A DNA stretch of 64,000 nt. It comes from Eledone cirrhosa. Its lineage: Eukaryota. The notes beneath the pieces were generated by a model. The model saw nothing but the letters and a program-made list of their open reading frames with translations. It was not told where the DNA came from and searched no databases. The position numbers and the translations under genes were made by a program. This document shows, one piece after another, positions 13,747 to 22,522 of this stretch (positions are counted from its first letter, which is position 1; each line of letters begins with the position of its first letter). The DNA lies in assembly GCA_964016885.1 (NCBI GenBank), contig OZ024741.1, positions 57,908,001-57,972,000 on the forward strand, written 5' to 3'.

Positions 13747-16700
13747 ATGGCTGGTTTACGAGTTGGAACCGTGAATGTGCGTGGCCTAGGGATGCCCTGG
13801 AAACAGGGCCAACTTTTAAACGACCTTAGGTCACACAGTATGGATGTGATAGCCATCACCGAGTCCAGAATCCACAACAGGCAGCAACTAACCCCCATCT
13901 TCGACGACTTTGAGATCTACGCATCTCTCTGTCAGCCAGGAGGTGGAGGTGGAGTGGCTGTTATGTTTCGGAAGAACCTGGACGTCGGAGTACAGCAAGT
14001 ACACTTGGACCCGGAGGGTAGACTGGTAGTCCTAGACGTGAACAGTATCGGAGGTGGAGCCTTCAGACTGGTGGCCGTTTATGCCCCGACCGGGCAATCG
14101 CAATCACGGCCAGACTTCTTTAAGCGTCTAGAGTCTTTTCTGGGAACGTCTCGCTCCTTACTTTTAGTGGGGGACTGGAATGGTATCCTAGATGCACGAT
14201 GGGACTATGTGGGAGCATGTCCCAGTAGAGCGGGGTGCAACAGCCTCAAAACTTTAATCGGCCAATTCCAACTGGCCGATAGGTATCGACTGGATTTCCT
14301 GACTGCACCACAGTGGACGTGGGTAAACCGCAGTGGGACATCTAGATCGTATTTAGATAGGTTCTTCATTAGAGAAAGGGACAAGGATATGTTAAGCTGT
14401 CCACGAATGCACATGGTTGCCTATTCAGATCACAAGTTAGTCGTCTGCTTAGTCAACCGTGATAGAATACATAGACAGGGTCCCGGATACTGGAAGCTGA
14501 ACGTGTCGTTGTCGGCACGTAAAGCTTACAGTGAACGGATAAGTAAACTAGTCAAGCAACAGTTAACGGGAGCCATCGTCAACAATAGATGGTGGTACTC
14601 TCTCAAGAAAGCAATTAGAATAGAATCGATAGGGTATAGCAGAGAGTTAGCCTTAGGGAAAAACAGAATAGAAAGAGAACTAGTAGCCAAGGTAGAGGAG
14701 GCACTTAGAAGTGGCAACGCGGCTAGAGTGTTAGCGTCGAGAACGGCACTGGACCAGTTCTTCGATGCGAAACACGAAGGCTGCGTGGTCAGAAGCAAAA
14801 CACGTGCTCTAGGAAACGAAGGAGCGAAAGCTGTCAGCTGGGCCCGAGTGGCGGAGGCAAAAAGTGGCAACAAGTCCACGATTCGGTCTTTGAAAGACCA
14901 AAACGGACGCGTGCTACTTGACCCCAAGCAAATGTGCGCGGCCTTTCAGCGGCACTTTGCGCGACTGTTTGAGCAGAACGACGGTGAGCCGAACGGGGCA
15001 ATGGACTTTAGTTCATACCTCGACGGCCTGCCGCGTCTCTCGAACACGGACGCCGAGTTCTGCGAAAGACCGATCACGGACACTGAGATACGGGACGCTC
15101 TGGGCCGCTGCGGGAAACGAAAGTCACCCGGTCTAGATGGTCTACCCTACGAATTTTACATAGGCATGCCGGACTTGTTCTCTGGCGTCCTCGAAGCCGT
15201 CTACTGCAATTGGCAGCAGAACGGGAGAATTCCCAGTTCTGCAGGCAAGGGCGTAGTAACGCTGATCAGGAAAGACGAGAACAAGGGGGACGAAATTAAC
15301 AACTTCAGGCCCATAACTCTGCTCAACACAGAGTTAAAGATTTTGGCCAAGGTGCTAGCGACGAGGTTGGTGCTTGTCGTCGAGAACCTGGTAGGGAAAG
15401 CGCAAACGTGTGCAATCCCGACCAGGTCCATACACGACAACCTCCACCTCATGCGATACATCATAGAGAGGGTGGGTAGTAAACCCGGCTTCGGTGGGGC
15501 TCTGATCAACTTGGATCAGTCTAAGGCATTCGATAGGGTCGACCATCGATACTTGGAAGCGGTTCTCAAGGCGGCCGGTTTCGGTCCCGTGTTCAGAGGA
15601 TGGATCGAGGCGGTGCACACCAGCATCTGCTCGAGAGTCAAGGTGAACGGCTACCTATCGGAGCCGTTCGCAATCACGCGTTCCATTCGACAGGGATGCC
15701 CTCTCTCCTCCATTCTGTATGTATTGACTCTAGAGCCACTACTGCGGAAATTGGAGCTGTTGCAGGGCATCCCCCTAGAACCGGGACTGCGCAAAGCGGC
15801 GTCGGCTTATGCCGACGAGGTGACAGTAATGGTGTCGAGCACCTCGGAAATCGGGGTGATCGGCAACATACTGAAAGAATACGAAACGCTGACGGGAGCA
15901 AAACTAAACCCAGACAAGTCTGTCGGTTTGCAACTCGGTACGTGGAGAGGCAAACCGATGACATCCGACAGCGTCGTTGGACGCTGGACGGACGGACCGG
16001 TGAAATTGCTCGGGGTCTGGTTCGGTCCAGACCTCCAGGTGGAGAAAAACTGGAACGAGGTCACGGCCAAGGTGTTTGCACTCACTCAGAAGTGGGCAGA
16101 GTGCAAACTGTCCTTGAAAGGTCGAGCGGAGGTGGCGAACACTTTCATAGCGTCCGTCATCTACTACCGCTTGACTGTCGTGCCTTGTCCCCGTGAACAC
16201 CTCGCCAAGATGGAACGCATGCTCTTCCAGTTTCTGTGGAAGAAGCAGGCTCCGCTGGTGAGGAGATCCGTCTGCTGTTAGCACCCTTCCAACGGAGGGC
16301 TGGGAATGCCGTGGCTGATGATGCGCAAACATGCGCTGAGGCTGCGGCATCTCCAGGTATTCCTCACCGACCCTCAACCGGTGTGGGCACCGTTTGTGAG
16401 ACAGGCTTTCCCACAGCTCGTCTCGCTAACGGAGCTGCAGTCCTGGGTGAAGAAAAGACCGAAAACGATGGGCGCCTGGCACATTGAATGCGCTCAGGCG
16501 CTCACAGTCCTCTGGCAAGCGGGCGCAGCAATCAGTGGAGACTCCACTTCGACATTCTATAGAGGGATTGTACGTTACAAGGGCGACGACGTGCTCGGAG
16601 AGACTCTGGGCGTCGAAGACGATGAGCTCACCAGTATGTTTGGTAGGACTTTCCGCCCGGGACCTATGGACAACTTCCAGAGGTCCCTGGCCTGGCAGTG

Positions 16701-17193
16701 CTACCAAGGAGCTCTACCGGTTCGTGACAAGATCTACAGGCACGGACGCCCTGGCAGGGATCCTTCCAAGAGGACGTGTCCAAGATGTGCGCAGGACATT
16801 GAAACAGTTCTGCACGCAATTGTACACTGCCCGGGCGTAAGCGACCTGTGGAACTATGCAGAACAACTGCTGTCGCGTATGGGACAAATACAGTTGACTG
16901 CCGAGTCCATAGTAAGGATCAAACCGCCAGACTCTTTCAAAAACGAAAGAGAGGCGGTTTTCCTCTGTACGGTGGCTATGGTGAAAGAGGTTATATGGTG
17001 GACGAGGTTGAGAGGACTGAGGACAGATGCCTTTCTCTCCGGACAACAATTGATTCCCTTCTTTAAGTATCACTTTAGAAGGAGAATCAGGGTGGAGAGA
17101 GAGGCACTGCACCCCAGTAAATTTACTGAAAGGTGGGTGAATGAAGCGAAAATGGCCCGAGTGATTGGGCCTTCTCTGTTTATAAGCCTGTAG
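13747..17193 (+). pseudogene. ORF2 of copy 4: APE endonuclease, RT and CCHC finger, 1148 codons with one in-frame TAG (16279-16281)
   Basis: NVRGL, GDWN, SDHK, SPGLDG, RPITLLN, KAFDRV, RQGCPLS and YADE motifs. ORFs 13747-16281 and 16306-17193 are in the same frame; copies 1 and 2 have Gln (CAA) at the TAG. Confidence 0.95.
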
Positions 17194-17418
17194 GTTGAGG
17201 AAGAGAGCAAAAGGAAGAAAGGAGCACTTGCACAACAGAGTTGAGGGTTGTTCTATCGACGGGGTATTAAACAACCCATTTGTGGCGCCTCCCCCCTATT
17301 GGGGATTTCGATTGTTGAAATTGTTTGTTTTTATATTTTTTACACGACTGTATGTAAAATCCCCGGCATGTCTTTGTATTGTCCCCTTTCTTGTTGCGCC
17401 CTTGTGGCTAATAAAGAA

Positions 17419-17520
17419 ATCTATCTATCTATCTCTTGCACACACACACAACACATGCCTTCACGGTAACAAAATACAACTTAAATAAGTCTCACACTTA
17501 AAAATATAATGTAATTTGCA
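17419..17520 (+). repeat. Right copy of the 102-bp direct repeat flanking Tx1 copy 4
   Basis: Identical to 12624-12725. Confidence 0.93.
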
Positions 17521-17524
17521 ATTT

Positions 17525-17895
17525 TTTTTTAATACCATCATAATAATGTTTTTTTTAATATGATCATAATATTTTTATACCCTCATCATAACATTTTAAC
17601 ACCCTCATCATAACTTTTTTAACACCCTCATCATAACATTTTAATACAATCATAACATTTTCAATACCATCATTATAACTTTTTCACCATAAATTTTTTA
17701 ATATAATAACTTTTGATATCATAGTAGAACATTGCCTACATATAGCTTAACTAATGCTATATCATCATGATAATATTTTTATACAATCATAATATATTTT
17801 ATATTATAATATTTTGAATGCAACCATAACTTTTTTTATTACAATCATAACTGTTTTAATATAATCATATATTTTTTTTATTCCATTATAATGGC
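17525..17895. repeat. AT-rich degenerate minisatellite (catcataa-ttttt-aatac, ~21-bp units)
   Basis: Direct reading. Confidence 0.7.
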
Positions 17896-18208
17896 ATTTT
17901 CATAAATAGCATTAAATTATAAGGATAATTTTTATCTTTTAAGTGTGATAATATTTGTCACCATCGAAATATGGTGGATATTGATCTGAAGCCTTGCAAG
18001 CATGGAAAAATGGATGATAAAATGGTGATGATGATGATGATGATAGCAGTCGATAGCAACTTTTTTTCCATCTTTTAAGGGTCTTCACCCTATACTATAA
18101 ACTATTTTATAGCATCTATACATTTGAGCATATCATCCTTTACACTTATATATATCTATATATATTTTTTTTTCAGCACTTAAAAGTCCAAAAAATCAGC
18201 TTATGTAC

Positions 18209-18275
<67 letters not shown>

Positions 18276-18289
18276 GTATATAAAATATC

Positions 18290-18517
18290 CAGCCCACACT
18301 GTAAAGTGATCATGTAGAAGTCATGACAAAAAGCACCCAGAACACACTGTAAATAAGGTTGGTGTTAGGAAGGGCATCCAGCCATAGAAATCTAGCCAGA
18401 AACAGTCTTATAGGAGCAAGACACGGTCACCTGACCCAACTTGCCTCTAATGGGACAATCCATCTAACCCATGCTAGCATGGAAAATGAACGTTAAACGA
18501 TGATGAGGATGATGATG
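18290..18517 (+). mobile_element. Non-autonomous RTE-related element or SINE 3' part
   Basis: aaaagcaccc...ggtgttaggaagggcatccag block, then acccatgctagcatggaaaatgaacgttaaa and a (GAT)n tail. Confidence 0.75.
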
Positions 18518-18536
18518 ATATATATATAAAATGTGA

Positions 18537-19503
18537 CAAAGGCGCTGTGTGGTTACTAATAAATATTATTTAGAAAATGTAAGAGAAACACAAACATAAA
18601 CACAAGGACAATTCCCGCTCATCAGCTGTCTTCTGTGGGTCGCTGATGTTTTGAATGCATTAAAGACAGTACATCTCACCACAGTGTGTTGATAACTAAG
18701 AGGAATAGTTATCCGGTGGGAAAAAAAAACAAAAAAAACAGAAGATAACGAAGAGAAGAACAAAAAAAAAGAAAACAAAAAAAGAAAAACATACCAATAG
18801 AGAAGGGAAAACACGAGACAGTAGTACACGTAAGTAACCAGTGAGAGAGAGGGAGAAGTTAATAAGGAGACTGAACGTAAGTCGTGAACCCGTACTAACA
18901 GCATGAGGGAGAGCAAAGAAAAAAACGTCTGATCATAGCGAGAACAGGCGCGAAGAGGAAGGGACGGAGCAAAACAGAAGTGAGAGGGAGAAAGGAGATA
19001 GATGGTAAGAGAAAGAGAGAGGGAGAGTGAGTGGGAGAGAGAAAAAGAGAGAGAGAAAGAGAAAGGACAAAGGAAAAGAATTAATCCAAATGGCAAAACT
19101 TAAGTTCAAAACCGAATTAACAACAACAAGCAAGATAGGGAGGATAGAGAGGAGAGAACGGATGTCACAGCAATAAATTAATAGGAATTAAAAAGTTACA
19201 AAGGCACTGTGTGGTTACTAATAAATATTATTTAGAAAACGTGGATTGGCAGTATCGGTAGAGGGTTGGACGCCATGCTTTCCAGCATAGTTACGTCCCT
19301 TTGCGGTCTGAGTTCAAATCCCGCCGAGGTTAACTTTGCCTTTCATCCTTACGGAGTCGATAAAATAAAGTACCAGTAATGATGGCCTTGTGCCAAAAAT
19401 AGAAACAATTATTTAGAAAACGGGAGAGAAACACAAACATAAACATAAGGACAATTCCTGTTCATCAGCTATTTGTGTTTCTCTTACGTTTTCTAAATAA
19501 TAT
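18537..19503 (-). mobile_element. Penelope-like non-autonomous remnant: ~90-bp terminal direct repeat plus a short inverted copy
   Basis: 18537-18628 repeats as 19198-19241 plus 19423-19470 (split by a SINE); 19471-19503 is an inverted part of the same repeat. Class and strand are inferred from architecture. Confidence 0.55.
19242..19407 (+). mobile_element. tRNA-derived SINE (Meta-domain-like core) with 15-bp TSD
   Basis: A box tggcagtatcgg, B box gagttcaaatccc, core ctttgcctttcatccttacggagtcgataaaa; TSD attatttagaaaacg at 19227-19241 and 19408-19422. Confidence 0.85.
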
Positions 19504-19835
19504 ATATACATATATATATGAGGATTTATTAATAAAATAAGAGATACATGGGAAAACACACACACTGTAAATGGTGACAATGTCAGACAGAAGCAAACAT
19601 GTAAACTGTTACTATAGAAACTACCAACACATTATTATGATTGACAATATTTATTGAATTAGCTCTTTCTTATACCAAGTAATTCTGTTAAAAGAAATTT
19701 TTCTATTTGTTTTTGTACCTCTATTTTCCTGTCTTTATTTTGAAACCCTTTGTTTCCTCTTTTGAAAACAAACCACCTGAAACCACCATTTCACATTATT
19801 TCAATGTGTCTATATTTATCTAAAAACCTTTCATT

Positions 19836-20010
19836 GCCTTGTGCCAAAAGTAGAAACAATTATAATTGTTGGCAGTATCGGTAGAGGGTCTGACGCCATG
19901 CTTTGCAGCAAAGAGTTACGACCCTTTATGATCTGAGTTCAAATCCCGCCGAGGTTAACTTTGCCTTTCATCCTTACGGGGTCGATAAAATAAAGTACCA
20001 GTAATACACT
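19836..20010 (+). mobile_element. Second copy of the same SINE, preceded by a 3'-tail fragment of that family
   Basis: 19869-20005 closely matches 19247-19380; gccttgtgccaaaagtagaaacaatt lies just upstream. Confidence 0.8.
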
Positions 20011-21039
20011 AGGATAATTATAATTTTATGTAAGAAACTTTAAGTTATGTTCCAAATACCAACTCAAGCATGAGAAAGTTATTTAAATCCCTTCAAATTC
20101 TTGATTATTTCAAAAATATATATTTAAAAGTAAGGGGTGTCTTTTATTAGAAATTTGGCAGCAAAAGGGGTGAAATGTTTCTATTTACCAACCAACCTCT
20201 AAACCCATAAACAGTGAATGGAATTTAAAAAAATAGAAAGTAACTCATACATGCTGATAATATTATTTTAGATACCATTGCCGCCACCACTACCAATAAC
20301 AACAACAACAACAAACAAAACAAAATAAATATATATATATGTGTGTATACATACACACCACACACACATATACATATATGTGTGTGTATACATACACACC
20401 ACACACATACATATATGTGTGTTTGTATGTTTATGTATGTATGTGTATTTAACATGGGTTACTACAAGAGAAATTGCCCAGATGCTAAATAGATTCACAC
20501 AATTGTTGCCAAAAAGATTGCAGACTTTTAAAGAGTTGTGATAACATTATTAACTAAGTGGAAGGCGTGCTGGGTAGGGCATTAGCTGCAGACTCAGAGG
20601 CTGGCTGTGGTTGGCGTTCGAGTAAGGGGAGGAGGAAAAGGAGGAGGAGGAGTAGCAGCAGCAGAAGAAGAAGAGGAAGAAACAAGTACTTGTGTTTAGT
20701 ATTAAAACAAACTTGCTGTTGTTTGTATTTAGTTGTCACCTGTATATTAAGATAACATGTGTAGGTATGTTTTTCAACTCTAGTGTAAACACACATACAC
20801 ACACATAAGTATATATATATAGAGAGAGAGGGGGGATAAAACACCCAACACATAGAGAATATGAAATAAGGTGAAAGAAGGCCCCCCACCAACAATGAAA
20901 CAGCTTGAGCGGTTAAATTAAGCTGAACAAACGATAAAAAAAAAGAAAAAGGTGGATCCTGTATGAGTGGCTGTGACTTGTGCATCATGGTGGCTGTGGA
21001 AATTATAGAAGGTAGGCCCCACAAAATAAATAAACACTT

Positions 21040-21266
21040 CAACCTTAACACAACCCTAACCGTAGCCCTAACTGTAACTATAACTCTAAACCTAACATTA
21101 ACCATAACCAAAGCTCTAACACTAACTGTAACAATAACCCTTACCCAAAAACTGACCCTGACCCTGACCCTGACCCTGACCCTGACCCTAACCCAAACCC
21201 AAAACACCACTAACCCTAACCGTAACCCTAACCAAAATCCAAAACACCACTAACCCTAACCCTAAT
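21040..21266 (+). repeat. Degenerate (CCCTAA)n/(CCCTGA)n telomere-like hexamer tract
   Basis: Direct reading: accctaac, ctgaccctgaccc, taaccctaaccctaa. Confidence 0.85.
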
Positions 21267-21572
21267 ACATTTCGTTAAAAGTATCTTTTGATGCGGTAAT
21301 TCTTTTCTTTATTTCTATGTCACATCTACCAGCTGATGTCAAGGTTTATCCAAGGTATTTAAAGGAATATACTTGTTTGGTGTTTACCTCACTACATCTG
21401 ATGTTTCATGACAGAATCTCAGGCTTTCTAGAGACCACTATAAATTCTGAATTATTTTGCTTCACTGCTGGTTGTCACTGTGTCAAGGAGAAACTGAAGC
21501 CTTTGTGCTGAGTTGGCTATCAGGATGGTATCGTTGGTATACCTTAGGTATACCTGCCAATAAATATATCAT

Positions 21573-21835
21573 GATCATCACCATTTAACGTCCATTTTCT
21601 CACACTAGCATGGGTTAGACGAGTTGTCCTGTTGTGAGCAGTACCAGGTCAGGTGAGTATGTCTTGCTCATACAGAACTGATTTTGGCTTGGGTTCTACA
21701 GCTGGATGCCCTTCCTTACGCCACCTCATTTACAGTGAGAAGTGGGTGCTTTTTGTTGTGACACCTACAGAACCACTTTACAGTGGGGAGTAGGTGCTTT
21801 TTGCTGTGTTGCCATCACACCCACTTTACAGTATG
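21573..21835 (-). mobile_element. Non-autonomous RTE-related element, same family as 18290-18517
   Basis: tttaacgtccattttct..ctagcatgggttag, ctggatgcccttcct and gggtgcttttt blocks in reverse orientation. Confidence 0.75.
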
Positions 21836-21857
21836 GGCTTGGGGCCTATATATATAT

Positions 21858-22080
21858 AAAAGAAACACAAATATAAGGACAATTCCTGCTCATCGGCTGT
21901 CTGCTGTTTCGACGCATTAAAGACAGTACATCTCACGACAGTGCATTGATAACTAAGAGGAATAGTTATCCGGGAGGAAAACAACAACAAAAACAGAGAC
22001 AATAGCAAAGAGAATAACAAAAAAAAAGAAAATAAACAAAATGAAAACATACCGATAGAGAGAGGGAAACACAAGACAGT
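21858..22080 (-). mobile_element. Truncated copy of the 18537 element
   Basis: ggacaattcc..ctcatc, cattaaagacagtacatctcac and gataactaagaggaatagttatccgg are shared with 18583-18820. Confidence 0.75.
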
Positions 22081-22109
22081 GTTTTTTATATATATATATA
22101 TATATATAT

Positions 22110-22456
22110 ATCATTTCGTCGTCATCATTTCATTTTACGTCCACTTTTTCCCTGCTTGCAAGGGTGGGACGGGAACTGATGCTGGCTTGATTTCTACAGC
22201 TGGATGCCCTTCCTAACACCAACCTCATTTACAGTGAGTGCGGGGCGCTTTTTTTCATTGGCACCTACACGACCACTTTGCAGTGGAATGATAGGGACCC
22301 CAGTCCCTATCATCTCATTTCTACAGCTGAGTAAACTGGAACAATATGAAATAAAGTGTCTTGTTCAAGGAAACAACACATCACCCGGCCTGAGAATTGA
22401 ACTCACAACCTTTCGATTGCAGGGCCAATGCTCTAACCACTAATCCATGTGCCTCC
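22110..22456 (-). mobile_element. Complete tRNA-headed RTE-partner SINE (same family as 2149-2474)
   Basis: Reverse-complement match to 2149-2474 with an intact B box, gagttcaattctc. Confidence 0.88.
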
Positions 22457-22522
22457 ATGACTCATATGTATATTATATGTATATATTATATATATATATA
22501 TTATATATATATATATAGATAT

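Larger units (their letters stand above)
12726..17418 (+). mobile_element. Tx1-like copy 4 (subfamily B), 5'-truncated in ORF1, young
   Basis: Begins at the position homologous to 7334 of copy 2; near-intact ORF2; ends aataaagaaa followed by (TCTA)n. Confidence 0.95.

Noticed and set aside
16279-16281. Stop-codon readthrough in ORF2
   Set aside because: Copies 1 and 2 have CAA here, so it is a private nonsense mutation.
4601-17274. Antisense and alternate-frame ORFs over the Tx1 copies
   Set aside because: Shadows of GC-richer ORF2 and A/C-rich ORF1; no recognisable domains.
18610-18670. ctgatgag on the minus strand as a complete hammerhead
   Set aside because: I could not build helices I-III around it in any of the three copies.
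19242-19330. tRNA genes at A/B-box motifs (also 2149, 4547, 19869, 22456)
   Set aside because: No cloverleaf; each continues into a SINE body and tail.
20554-21253. 218-aa and 96-aa ORFs (VRVRV / LTLTL)
   Set aside because: Produced by the hexamer tract and GA-rich triplet repeats.
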